NCBI GenBank assembly: GCA_951406725.2
Contig: OX597832.1
Coordinates: 41,044,001-41,108,000, forward strand
Direction of reading: 5' to 3'
Source: Octopus vulgaris
Taxonomy: Eukaryota
DNA length: 64,000 nucleotides
How positions within the stretch are numbered: position 1 is the first letter of the stretch; each line of letters opens with the position of its first letter. A program made the position numbers and the translations under genes. Shown here piece by piece: positions 12,597 to 25,010 of the stretch. The notes beneath the pieces are model-generated. The model saw nothing but the letters and a program-made list of their open reading frames with translations. It searched no databases and was not told where the DNA came from.

Positions 12597-14098
12597 TAGA
12601 GAGATAGAGAGAGAGAGAGAGACAAAGAGTGTGTGTGTGTTATCTGTGCTCATGATAGTGTTAATAGATTGAAAATAAGAAAGAGGGTGATGGTGGTGTT
12701 GGTAGTGAGGAAGTTTGAATAGCAGAGACGGAGAGAGAGAGAGAGAAAGAGTCGAGTTAAATAGCTGTTGTGGAAATTGCAAGTGTTTGGTATAAGAGGA
12801 GAGTGACACCAATTGGACTAATTACAGAAAACATATTACAGTGAAGGAATCTGGTACAATGGTGATGATACCGAAGGGGATGCTGATAGCAATGATGGTG
12901 GTGGTGCTGGTGGTAATGATGACAACGACAAGGACAACTGGAATGATTGTAATGATGAGGTGATGAAAGAAGTAGTAATGATAATGCTGAAGATTGTGAT
13001 GGTAATGATAATGATGAGGATCATGATGATGATGATAGTCGAAGCGATGAAGATGATGTCTGAAAAAATACTAACAATGAAACAGACAAAGAGGGGAAAA
13101 ATTCTTTTCCAAAATTGAGCTCAAAATGTCAGCAAAGTGATAAAGAGGAATCGTGAATATGTTTGTGTGCATGCGTAAGTGTATGCATGTGTGTGTGTGC
13201 ATGTGCATTTGTGTGCTCAGATTTATTTGACCTTTGTCCTCTTGCATCATGTGTTCTAGAAGAACGAGGACACGGTGACAGACAGAAGGACTAGCAGAAA
13301 GACAGACAGGCGTACGTACAGACAGAAATGGAAATGTTGACAGACAGGAGAGAAAGACGTACAGACAGACTTAGACTCTCTGATCAAGCTGCTCCCTTTT
13401 GAAAAGATTTGAAGCTTGGGGGGGAGGAGAAAAAAAAACAAAAAAAAAAGGGAGCTCTGCAAGGGCTGACTCATTCATCCACTTTAGGTGAGAGAGAAAG
13501 AGTCCTGGGATTCTACAAAGAAGGAACTGTGTGTGCGCGTACACACGCACATGTGTGTAAATTTACGTGTATAGTGAGGGGAGCATTATTATGATGGATG
13601 AAAAATGGCAAATGCTGCCTGCCATTCTCTTCAGAGTGACACTGTCAGTATATATGAATAGTCTGCTAAAAATGGAGAGAGAGTGACTGAGGGAATGTTA
13701 CCAGACAGCTGATATTTACCTCGAGAAATAAAGGGGTTGAAGTGGAGTGGAAGAGAAGAGAAGAGAGAGGGCTTTGTTAATATTTCCAAAGTTAGAAGAA
13801 ATGACACAGCTATCAACTTTCTTTGTTTTTTTCTCACACAATAATACACTTTTTTTCCCCAGTCACCTTGACTTTCTAGGATATATATAATAATGTATGT
13901 ATATACCTACACACAATCGCACAAACATGGATATCATCAATACCGTTATAATTTAGCTTCAGCATGGAATACGGATGCTATATGATGACGATGATGAATG
14001 ATATGCATGTATGTACAATTCCGTGTATAGATATATCAATGTAGGTATGTAGAGATGTATGCATATATGTAACTATATCCATACGCATGAAGGTACAT

Positions 14099-14167
<69 letters not shown>

Positions 14168-14434
14168 AGAGAGAGAGAGAGAGAGAGTTAATGTTTAAGC
14201 ATTACGAAGATATAAAAGAAAAAAAACTCCATAAATACATTTGATTGAAGTATTTATGGAGTTTTTCCGGTAGCTTCGTAATGCTTGGAATATTAACTCA
14301 ACAAGGAAGAGATAGGTCTCGTTTCAACTTTCTCCCTTAAAATAATTATATATATATATATATAAGAATTTTTTGCTTAATGAGTTAAAAAAAAAAACTA
14401 AGGCTGTGTAGGTATTAGAACATTTATAGATAGG

Positions 14435-14484
14435 TCTTACAGCTGTTTCCAGGATATTTATTAATTATATCCTTTCATAGGAGA
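14435..14484 (-). ncRNA. Degenerate minimal type-I hammerhead ribozyme motif (Penelope-like relic)
   Basis: Minus strand TCT-CCTATGA-A-AGGATAT(loop)ATATCCT-G-GAAAC-AGCT-GTA-AGA: stems I and II, palindromic AGCU loop III and GUA site present; core has 2 mismatches to CUGANGA. Confidence 0.55.
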
Positions 14485-14682
14485 TGGTGTGAGAGAATGG
14501 TTAAGTCAGTTAGTTTAGATGTGATGCAAAATAGAGAGTAAAGTGGAAGAAAGAAAATAGATCCAAGATATGTAGGGATATATATATTTAATTATTAATT
14601 TAATATGTAAATTGCTTATTTCCATGCTGACCTAATAATTATCATTAATGTGATTTTTATACTTATTTTATGTGTATGTATG

Positions 14683-14885
14683 TACTCTTTTACTTGTTTC
14701 AGTCATTTGACTGCGGCCATGCTGGAGCACCGCCTTTAGTCGAGCAAATCGACCCCAGGACTTACTCTTTGTAAGCCCAGTACTTATTCTATCAGTTGCT
14801 TTTGCCGAACCGCTAAGTAACGGTGACGTAAACACACCAGTATCAGTTGTTAAGCAATGCTAGGGAGACAAACACAGACACAAAC

Positions 14886-14932
<47 letters not shown>

Positions 14933-15100
14933 TATATAGATATATACAACGTGCTTCTTTCAGTTTCCGTCTACCAAATCCACTCACAAGGCGTTAATCG
15001 GCCCAAGGCTATAGTAGAAGACACTTGCCCAAGGTGCCACGCAATGGGACTGAACCCAGAACCATGTGGTTGGTAAGCAAGCTACTTAAGACACAGCCAT
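14683..15100 (-). mobile_element. SINE family A
   Basis: Colinear reverse-complement match to 7486-7865 with expanded internal (TA)n. Confidence 0.88.
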
Positions 15101-15230
15101 CCCATGCGAGTTCTGTCCATGACTCTTTCACCACCAACTTAAACTCCAAAATCACTTTCAGCACAAACATCAGCCAAGGAGACTGGATGGAAACTGACGA
15201 ACCCAATGCTTGGATATGAGGTGGAGCCGA

Positions 15231-15269
<39 letters not shown>

Positions 15270-15609
15270 AACAAAAATGCACAAACACAAAGGCAGACAA
15301 GAGAAACAACAATTAGAAGGACAGGCAAAAAAAAGATGGATCATTCTTGGCTTTCTTTCTTCAGTCAAGTACCAGAAGTCACAACCATTTCAGACAGTTA
15401 CACTTAAGATGGTTCGATCTGGTTGTCCTCACACATACATACATAGAATGTGAGAGAGAGAGAGAGAGAGAGAGAGGTGTTAATAACACAAATAAACAAG
15501 CTTCAGGTTAGATACACAAAAGATGCATACATGTATGTGTGTGTATATACAGGAGACCAAAAGCGTACGTATGCCGCTATATGTATATATGATAATGATA
15601 AGGATTGTG

Positions 15610-16241
15610 ATGATGCTACAGGGATATTGAGCATGCTTCAGCAAGCTTGCAGCGATGAGGCAATGGGCCATACACAATGTTTCAAGTGGCACGGGCTCTT
15701 CAAAAGTGGGAAAATGTCCCTGGAAGATGAGTGATCTAGAAGACATGTGGTATTGTGCATTGAGAATTTGTCCCCCGGGGACAGACAGTCAATCATGAGT
15801 TCTACTGTGACGTTTTGAATCGTTTGAGGGAGAACATTTGGTGAAAGTGACCAGATCTGTGGAGCATGAAGGATTGGATTTTTCACAACAACAATGCGCC
15901 CTGTCACAAAGCTCTCCTCACTAACGAGTTTCTTGCCAAAAAACATGGTATCACTTCCACAACAGCCCTGTTTGCCAGATTTAGCGCCTGTAGACTTCCG
16001 TCTCTTTCCAAGATGAATATGCAGCACAAAGGTCGCTGTTTTAACACCACTGTTGAGATCCAGAGCAAATTGCAGAAGGTCTCCAATTCGCTTACAGAAA
16101 ATTACTTCAGACCAGATTCCAAAAGTGGCAGGAATACTGGGACCAGGGTATTGCTGTGCATCAAAGGAGATGTTAAAGCTTAGGTAAATAAGTTATTTTT
16201 TATTAAACATAACTAATCTGGGAACCTTTTGATACCACCTC
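15610..16241 (+). mobile_element. Degenerate mariner (Tc1/mariner) transposon remnant
   Basis: Fragments CFKWHGLFKSGKMSLEDE (HTH region) and WIFHNNNAPCH (HHDNAPAH-like); frameshifted PDLAP-like stretch; right end ...ttttgataccacctca|ta. Confidence 0.75.
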
Positions 16242-16269
16242 ATAGTTGTGGGAAATAACATAGAGGAGA

Positions 16270-16548
16270 CAGGTGCCAACGTCGCTTCACTGGCACCTGT
16301 GCCAGTGGCACGTGTAAAAAGATTCGAGCAAGGTCATTGCCAGTACCGCCTGACTGGCCCTCGTGCAGGTGGCACGTAAAAAGCACCCACTATACTCTCG
16401 GAGTGGTTGGCGTTAGGAAGGGCATCCAGCAGTAGAAACTCTGCCAGATCAAGACTGGAGCCTGGTGCAGCCATCTGGTTGCTAACCCTCAGTCAAAATC
16501 GTCCAACCCATGCTAGCATGGAAAGCAGACGTTAAATGATGATGATGA
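16270..16548 (+). mobile_element. SINE family D
   Basis: ggtggcacgtaaaaagcaccc...ttaggaagggcatcc...(GAT)n tail. Confidence 0.8.
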
Positions 16549-17344
16549 GACAAAAGTAGAATAGGAAAGATGAAAATACTGAAAGAGATGGGGAATAGGG
16601 CGATCAATTTAAAGGGAAAAGAAAAGAGTAAAAACAAAATTAAAGAAATAGCAAGAAGTAATAAAAGAAAAAGGGGGCAGAAAGTAGGGAAGGATAAGAT
16701 GAAAAGGAAACAGAGTAAGAATGAAGGAAAATGATGCTGAGATGTGTAAGGTAGCATTAATTTCAGTACTGCTGCCTGACACTTTAACAGAGAACGAATG
16801 CATGACTCAGTGCCAGGTAAGAATATACAGCGCAAGAGTTTCTAGAAAATTCACTCAGATACTAATTACTGATTTTTTTTTTTTTTTTTTTTTTTGTAGC
16901 TGACATGGCTCTGTGGTTAAAGAATTTGCTTCACAGCTTTGTGTCGTGGGTTTAGCTCCTCCACTGCATAGCACCATGAGCAAGTGACTTTTACTATTGC
17001 CTGAAGCCAACCAATACCTTATGAGCAAAATTGGTAGACGGAAACTGCAGAAAAACCCGTCGTTGGTTGCTTGGATGGACAGACAGACAAAATGTTTGTG
17101 TGTGTAAATAAGTTGTCTGAGCAAATAATGGTAAACATTAAATTCCATAGCTCTGCATTCTTAAAGGAGTGGAATAAAAAAATCCATTACTCGTAGAATA
17201 AGAAAGGCTTGACAACAGGAAGAGAATCTAGTCATAAGAGTACTTCCTTAAATAAGTACTGATCTCATCCTTGCCAGCACAGAAAAATAGACACAAAATG
17301 AAAATAAGAATACTGTAGTACATCTTTCACCATTTACACTTATT

Positions 17345-17450
<106 letters not shown>

Positions 17451-18189
17451 GTACAAAAGCAATGGACTGTCACATCTACTAGTCAGACAAAATGCCAAAC
17501 AATATTTATTTACATCCAGTTGGAATACTACTGAGACCAATTTTGCTGTCATATGCACCCTAGTTTTTTTAGAATAGGGACATGTGTCCATGTCGTAAAA
17601 GGAAATGCAACTGGGAAATAGAGGCTCTCAAAGCTCAGATGGCTCCCTAGAAATAGTTGATAGCTTTTATTACCTAGGTGACCTCTCCCAAAATTGCTGG
17701 TCTTTTTAATCATTAGTGTTGAAAGAAATGCTTTACAGTATTTTTTTCAGCTGGTTACATGTTGACTTCAAATCCTACCAAGGTCAATCTTAGCATTTCA
17801 TCCCTCCAGGATGTATGTCAAAGTATTACACAAGTATTGGGATTGGTGGTAATACTAAGCTACTTCTTTCAAAATTGCAGGCCTTGTACCAAAATTTGAA
17901 CCATTATTATTAAGGTAGTGAGCTGACAAAATCATTAGAAAACTGGAATGTTTTGGCTCTTTACATTCTTGAGTCCAAACCCCATCAGGGTCAACTTTGT
18001 TCTCTAGCTTGCTTATGAACCACATGGTTCCGGGTTCAGTCCCACTGCGTGGCACCTTAGGCAAGTGTCTTCTCTTATAGCCTCAGGCTGACCAAAGCCT
18101 TGTGAGTGGATTTGGTAGACGGAAACTGAATGTCAATGATATTGACTGGCCCTGCCTCACCCAAAATTTTAGCCCTTGTGCCTAGGTAG

Positions 18190-18642
18190 CGAGCTGGCAG
18201 AATTGTTAGCAAGCTGGGCAAAATGCTTCACAGCATTTTGTCTGTCCTTATATTCTAAGTTCAAATTCCGCCAAGGTCGACTTTGCCTTTCAGGGTCGTT
18301 AAATTAAGTACCAGTTGAGTACTGGGGTCGATGTAATTAACTTTCCCCTCCCCCAAAATTTCTGGCCTTGCACCTATAGTAGAAAGGATTATTATTATTA
18401 TTACTGTCCACAATGTAGAAAGGCAGCAAGCTGGCAGAATTGTTAGGATGCTAAGCAAAATGCTTAGTGGCACTTTGTCTGTCCTTATATTTTGAGTTCA
18501 AATTCTGCCAAGGCCGACTTTGCTTTTCATCCTTTCGGGGTCAATAACATAAGTACTGGTTGATCACTAGGGTCAATATAATTGACTTAGATCCTTCCCT
18601 GAAATTGCTGGCCTTGTGCCAAAAATTTGAGACCATTATTAT
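18190..18642 (+). mobile_element. Two tandem older family-B-related SINEs with (ATT)n tails
   Basis: Two successive agctggcagaattgttag...ttcaaattc.gccaagg.cgactttgc...ggccttg units (18190-18400, 18421-18642); similar copies on minus at ~4185-4377 and 22330-22555. Confidence 0.7.
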
Positions 18643-19304
18643 TCGCAATCTACTTACCTAAAATCTTTGCAAACATCTACCCAAAAACTGCACACACACA
18701 CACACACATCTGTATTTCTAATATGTTTAATTTCCTAAACAGGAATTACTTTTATGGTGAAAACAGTAAAGACTACATAATGAATACACGCACAGAGAGA
18801 AACATCTCTTTTTTTTATTGTTTTCATGCTTTTACAGGTAAGGCATACCCCAATTTATTTTTTGTGTAGGATTTAAGCTAAAAATGATCACCAAAATACC
18901 TGCATGTAGCACCCCTTATCAAGGGTGCTACAGACAAAGAAACCTTAGTAAATATAAACAAAAAAAAGGAGTTGTAGATAACCCCTTTCCCAAAGCACAC
19001 ACAGACTGCAATAGAAAAAATACAGCTAAATAAATAGATAACAATATATAATATAAAAATGACAAAAAAATTAGGTGAGGGATGAGAGAAAAAAAATCGG
19101 TAGGAAAAGGAAGGAAAGTGTGTAAAAATAAGCAGCCTTATTTGAGATGATGCTACAGAGATATAAGTGATCTGACAGCTAAGCTAAGGCTTTGAGAGAC
19201 AGCTGGAAGTTAGAGGTGCCAGCAATATACATACACACATGCAATTCATATATATATATATATATATATATATCATCATCATCATATATATATATACATA
19301 TATT

Positions 19305-19681
19305 ATTCTTTTACTCGTTTCAGTCATTTGACTGTGGCCATGCTGGAGCACCGCCTTTTAGTCGAGCAAATTGATTCCAGGACTTATTCTTTGTAAGCCT
19401 AGTACTTATTCTATAGGTCTCTTTTACCAAACCGCTAAGTTACGGGGACGTAAACACACCAGCATTGGTTGTCAAGCAATGTTGGGGGGACAGACACATA
19501 CACACACACACGCACACATATACATATATACGACAGGCTTCTTTTAGTTTCCGTCTACCAAATCCACAAGGCTTTTTGTTGGCCCAAGGCTATAGTAGAA
19601 GACACTTGCCCAAGGTGCCACGCAGTGTGACTGAACCCGGAACCATGTGGTTCGTAAGCAAGCTACTTACCACACAGCCAC
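19305..19681 (-). mobile_element. SINE family A
   Basis: Reverse complement match to 7486-7865. Confidence 0.85.
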
Positions 19682-19817
19682 ATGTAACATCATCATCATT
19701 TAGCATCCATTTTCCATGCCAGAATGGGTACAACAGTTTGACTGGAACTGGTAAGCCAGAGAGCTGTACCAGGCTCCAGCCCAAGAACCCCAAATTACTT
19801 CTAAGGATCATGAAGTT

Positions 19818-20164
19818 CAGTTCTATATTTAAGAGATGAGGAATTATGTACATTATTTACATTCGATGGATATTTGTCATCTTCTTTGTTGTTAACACAA
19901 CATTTCGGCTGATATACCCTCCAGCCTTCTTCGGGTGTCTTGGGGAAATTTTGAACCTGGATTCTCATTCCTAAGGTATTTTTTGATGTTATTATTATTA
20001 TAATTATTATTATTGTTATTATTCAGGTCGCTGCTTGGATTCGAACTTGGAATCTTGGGGTTAGTAACCCATGCTCTTAACAACTACACCATATGCCCAT
20101 GGGCATATGGCGTAGTGGTTACAACAAACAAAATGAGGACAAATATCCGTCGAATGTAAATAAT
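19818..20164 (-). mobile_element. tRNA-headed short element carrying a hammerhead motif, with inverted deleted copy (Penelope-like architecture)
   Basis: Minus: tRNA-like head 20098-20027 (A box, B box GTTCGAATCC), (AAT)n, hammerhead 19939-19894, tail; plus: head+tail copy 20101-20164; 12-bp direct repeat gatcatgaagtt at 19806 and 20165. Confidence 0.7.
19894..19939 (-). ncRNA. Minimal type-I hammerhead ribozyme motif (two point changes)
   Basis: GACAC-CCGAAGA-A-GGCTG(GAGGGTATAT)CAGCC-GAAATG-TT-GTGTT: 5-bp stem I, 5-bp stem II, core CUGANGA with U4->C, GAAA intact. Confidence 0.65.
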
Positions 20165-20328
20165 GATCATGAAGTTGTTTTAACTAATCAGAAACACAGG
20201 TTAATTAATTTAAAGAGTGAACTGTGTATGGTAAGTAAACATATTTTCAGACACAATCATACGAAAATCAGACAAGCCATTAATTTGCTTTTATCAAAAA
20301 ATATTTCTAGCGTAATGAATGAATTTAA

Positions 20329-20526
20329 CCCTTTAGCATTTAAACTGACCCTAGCTGTCCAAGACACTGTCTCTTTTATGTTCAAACTGGTCAGATCCAA
20401 CCTCTCACGCCTAACCCGACAATGCCATTCTAAAAATATACAATTACACCTTGAAGTTATGAGATAATGCAGAATTAATTCAAAACAATATGAATAGATT
20501 AACAGAATAATTTAAATGCTAAAGAG
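20329..20526 (+). mobile_element. piggyBac-type MITE, family 2
   Basis: TTAA|CCCTTTAGCATTTAAA...TTTAAATGCTAAAGAG|TTAA; colinear with 3356-3576. Confidence 0.78.
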
Positions 20527-20837
20527 TTAACGAAATAGGTAGAAACTTTAAATTTCAAACTTATGAAATTTAATATCGATGAAATCTATTTCTAAGCCTC
20601 TCTATTTAATGCATATCAATGTATGCCAAAAATTCTTTACTACTTCAGAGTTTTGGTAAAGCACAAACAGCAATAAGCAAACTGGTGTGATTATGGGTTT
20701 CTATGATGAGGTTGAGAATTGTATGTAGGCTTATAGGATTATATATCTCAGACTCTCCAGGGGAAACTCAACCAGAAGGCCTTTCTCATCTCACTACCAA
20801 ACTCCCTCTTTATTTATTCTTATTTTGTATTAATAGC

Positions 20838-21035
20838 TGTGCCGGTGGCGCGTAAAAAGCACTCACTACACTCACGGAGTGGTTGGCGTTAGGAAGGGCA
20901 TCGAGGCGTAGAAACATTGCCAGATCAGACTGGGCCTGGTGCAGCCTTCTGGCTTCCCAGACACCAGCTGAACCGTCCAACCCATGCTTGCTTGCATGGA
21001 AAGCGGACGCTAAACGATGATGATGATGATGATGA
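20838..21035 (+). mobile_element. SINE family D, 5'-truncated
   Basis: Matches 3' part of 5944-6245; (GAT)n tail. Confidence 0.8.
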
Positions 21036-21357
21036 GTACCAGCCTTAGTGCATGAAACATCAACTCCTTTTGCTTCACCTCATTTCCAGGCTTAAAGAAC
21101 AACACACCCAACCCTGGTCTACGGAAAGGATATCATTCCACATATTAGCCACAGCTTCTTCCAATTGCTCATTTGTGAACATCTAGAAATCTCTTTTCTT
21201 TCTAGAAGAAACAGAAAAATGTCACTTCCTTCACTACCTTGTCTTTTCCTGAACGAAATCTTTGGACAAAAAAGTATCATCTTTTATGACAAAGCTTTCT
21301 CATCATTTTGGGATTTTTTTTCCCCTGAAGTTAACTTATATCCAACAAGGTTTTGTG

Positions 21358-21647
21358 GCCAATGCCAGCGCCGCCTAGACTGGCTTGTGCCGGTGGCACA
21401 TAAAATGCACCAATCCAATCGTGGCTGTTGCCAGCCTCGCCTGGCACCTGTGCAGGTGGCACGTAAAAAGCACCCACTACACTCACGGAGTGGTTGGCGT
21501 TTAGGAAGGGCATCCAGCTGTAGAAACACTGCCAGATCAGACTGGAGCCTGGTGCAGCCTCCTGGCTTCCCAGATCCCCGGTCAAACCGCCCAACCCATG
21601 CTAGCATGGAGAACGGACGTTAAACGATGATGATGATGATGATGATG
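21358..21647 (+). mobile_element. SINE family D
   Basis: Two ggtggcac modules, conserved 3' body, (GAT)7 tail. Confidence 0.82.
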
Positions 21648-23961
21648 CTACTGGCAAGCTGTTAATGAAATTTTGGCTGTTGCCACTTGTATGTATCAAG
21701 GTGTAATTGTCTGTTTCTGCAAATGTGTCCATGCAATCACCATTTTCTCTTTCTGTTCATCTTTTTGTTAAAAATCTGTCCGCTATATTTCATTACTACC
21801 ATCTTTAAGAGAGCCCACCATCCACACTGTCTCAGTAGAAGCCATACTTACAATTAATTTTCAAACATTGACAGTAAAGAAAAAATATTTTACGCCAAAG
21901 TATAAAGTCTGTCCTTCCTCAAAGAAAGATTCCTCACCCATCTCTTATATAAAAGTTTTACACAAAAATGATTCTAAAACAAAACATTTGGCTTCAAAAG
22001 TAATCCAATATTTTCCAAAAACTATATAAAAAAAAACAACTGATGCTGACAACTCATCATGATCGTTTTTACATTCACTTTTGCATACTAGCAGGGGTCG
22101 GATAGGCTACCCCGGACTGAATCAATCCTCACTTGGAGCCACCACCTTCCCCAAGAACTATCTGTTCTCCAAACACTCCAATTTTAGCATCTTATCAAAT
22201 TCTTGATGCCTTTCTTTTGTAAACTATTTAATTGAGTGAAGTGGGTGCATTTCATCATGGTACCAGCTCTAGATAATAATATTCTGAACATCAGCACAAT
22301 AATAATAATAATAATAATAATGATGATAATGATTTCAAATTTTGGCACAAGGCCAGCAATTCCGGGGAAGGGAGTAAGTCAAATACATCACCCCAAGTAG
22401 TCAACTGGTACTTATTTTATTGAACCCCCTCACCACCACCAAAAAAGATGAAAGGCAAAGTCGACTTCAGTGGAATTTGAACACAGAACGTAAAACAGGC
22501 AAAATGCTGCTAAACATTTCATCTGATGGGTTAACAATTCTGCCAGCTTGCCACTAGGGAAAGTACCTTATCCTCAATAATGATAATGGCTTTAAAATTT
22601 GGCACAAGACCAGCAATTTTGAGGGGAGGGGGAGTTGAGTCACTCAAGTCCAGTATTCATTTGGTACTTTATCAACCTTGAAAAGACGACAGGCAACGTC
22701 AACCTCAGCAATATTTGAACTCAGAGCAAAAAAAAAAAAATAATGATGCTACTCATTTTATTTTTCTTCTGTGGTGTGATAACAATTCTGCCAACTCACT
22801 GTCTTAGCAATAATGGTAATTTCTAATATAGGCACAAGATTAGAAATTCGAAATGGGGGGGCAGGGGAACAGTTATATTGACCCAGCACTTGACTGGTAA
22901 TTATTTTATTGGCCCCAGAAGAGTGATAGGCAAAGTTGATCTTGGAATGTAAAGAGTTAGAATAAATACCCTTAGGTATTTTGTCAGATGTTCTTAACAT
23001 TTCTGCAAATCCACTGCCCCAATTCCAAACAACAACAACAATCATAACAATAACAATAATAATAATAATAATAGCAGCAGCAGAGTGTCTTGGGAAACAA
23101 ATTTGATAGGTTTATAAAAATTACTTTTGAGTGTAGGTAAGAGAGACGAATGATCTAAAGTAGTTTAAAAATAGCAACATACACACACACTATCTTGTTA
23201 CACAACACTCACTAAAATACTGACTTACAGATGGGGTGGGGCTTCTTTTTGTGACTTTTCTTTGTGTTTTCTCTATGTACCAAATTGTAGAGTCTGGAAT
23301 TTCCTTTTACGGAAGCCATGTATTTATCCAAAGAATTCTTTTACTTTAGGCATTCAAAATATATCATAAACAGTTGACATTTTTTTTCCTCCATATTCTG
23401 ATTAAAAAATACTCTCTTTTCATCTACATCCTATGAGGGAGTAATTTTTGAGACTGATTAGAAGGAGTTGCTTGCAAGAAAATCTAAAAACCCAATCTTC
23501 AGCAACATGACAGTTCAAAAGATGCTGAAAAGTCAGTGATTCATGTCCTAACACTAGCACTACTTTGGACTCTCATTAAGGGCCCAGTCTAGCTAAGTGA
23601 AAACAGATACTATATGGTGGGGCACTTGCTGTAAAGATGATGAATTCTGTTAAATTAGCATTACACGGTTCCAGAATGCAGCTGGGCATGTCAACAAAGT
23701 ACTGAACATCCAAACAAGAAGTTAGCAGTTCAAATCTTGCCGTTGGCACTGTTTTGGCCCCAATCTACTAAACTGGTTTTGCTGCTGTAAGCAGTGGCAA
23801 CACTAGAAAACAGACCGAGTGTTTCATTGGCTTGTAAAGCTGACTCCCACTCCTCTAGTGCCTGTAGCTGAAGAAGGGATGGATTTCATCAAATCAGCAT
23901 AGAATCTATAGGTGGGCAGCCAAGACAATGAAAGAACCCTTATGTGATCATTTAACATAAA

Positions 23962-24329
23962 CTAGCACTATGACCTGGCAATGCCGGGTGATAGTGCTAG
24001 TGCCTGCATATACAGCTGCGTGCGTGTGCACATACACGCGAGTACTGTCCTAATCTCCGACCAATCACATACAGCTGGCTGGCATTCAATTGGCGTATCA
24101 AGTTTCGGGCATTTTGATTGGGTTTTGGATAGAAAATTCACAAAAGTCACTTCTATTGATTTTTTAATGGCTTTGCAGGGTGACTGGGGAAATGTAAAGA
24201 TGTGCACGACCACCCTTGGACGGTTTTGAATGACCATAGAAAGTGCAAGCCCTCTAACTGAAAAATTGTGGATTTGTATAAAGGACACACACACATACAT
24301 TTTGCAGTTTATATATATAGAGATATAGA
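23962..24329 (-). mobile_element. Non-autonomous Helitron
   Basis: Minus strand starts A|TCTATATCTCTATATATATAAA and ends with GC-rich hairpin ACCCGGCATTGCCAGGT then CATAGTG-CTAG|T; no TSD, A|T target. Confidence 0.78.
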
Positions 24330-24615
24330 TACTGACAGCCAAATTTCTACTGCATTGCACAAAATTATATTAAAAAAATGGGACACATTGGATAACGCAG
24401 TCCAGGATGTGTAATAGTGAACATTTTTAGCTCAGCATCTTGGAATTTTAATTACTTTAATCCTATTATAAATTTGAGTGATGTTTCACTGTCTGTTAAG
24501 TTTTTACGTTTGTTAAATCCTCCTAGACCATTGGTGCAAGGACAACAAAACTCAAACCAGCAACTCCCCTAATCCACTGAACCCTATTTTTACTGCATTT
24601 TAAAGTAAATACATG

Positions 24616-25010
24616 GTTAGTTAGTTAGTTAGATAATTTTTGGCTCAAAAAGCAAAAAAGCAAGGCCATGTAGGGGGACATGGAGTTATGTACAGGGTGG
24701 TGTTCATGCAAAGAGTTCAGGCCACTTGTGGTCAAGAGAGACTTTGAACCAAGCGGTCGTCGACAGCTTATTCCAAGGATCCACAACCCGGACGGAGAAA
24801 GCCCCTCTCCTTCAATTGAGATGAAATCGTCGCAGATAGAGCTTTTCGGAGTGACTCTGGAGCAGGAGTGAAGAACAGCTCTTTCGAGAGGTTACACTTT
24901 CCGCTTATGATGTTGTGAGCGAGAATGAGATCACGGCGTCGTCATTTTTCTAGAGAATAAAGGCTGAGCGTCTTCAGCCTTTCTTCATAAGACAAATGCT
25001 TGAGACCATG
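24616..25010 (-). mobile_element. CR1-type LINE 3' end, 5'-truncated, (TAAC)n tail
   Basis: Minus translation HGLKHLSYEERLK...GAFSVRV.DPWNKL...FKVSLD, typical CR1 ORF2 C-terminus; short tandem tail. Confidence 0.8.

Noticed and set aside
12836-13059. Ile/Ser/Pro-rich minus ORF after a good acceptor (tattttttcag)
   Set aside because: Decayed (ATC)n/(ACC)n low-complexity sequence; no recognisable domain or convincing partner exon.
15335-15425. Minus-strand CTGAAGA near a (TA)n tract as another hammerhead
   Set aside because: No stem II or correctly placed GAAA could be built.
21165-21623. Recurrent ORFs with FLQLDALPNANH / RKKHPLHSRSGWR / FDCGHAGAPPL
   Set aside because: Translations of SINE families D and A, not a protein family.
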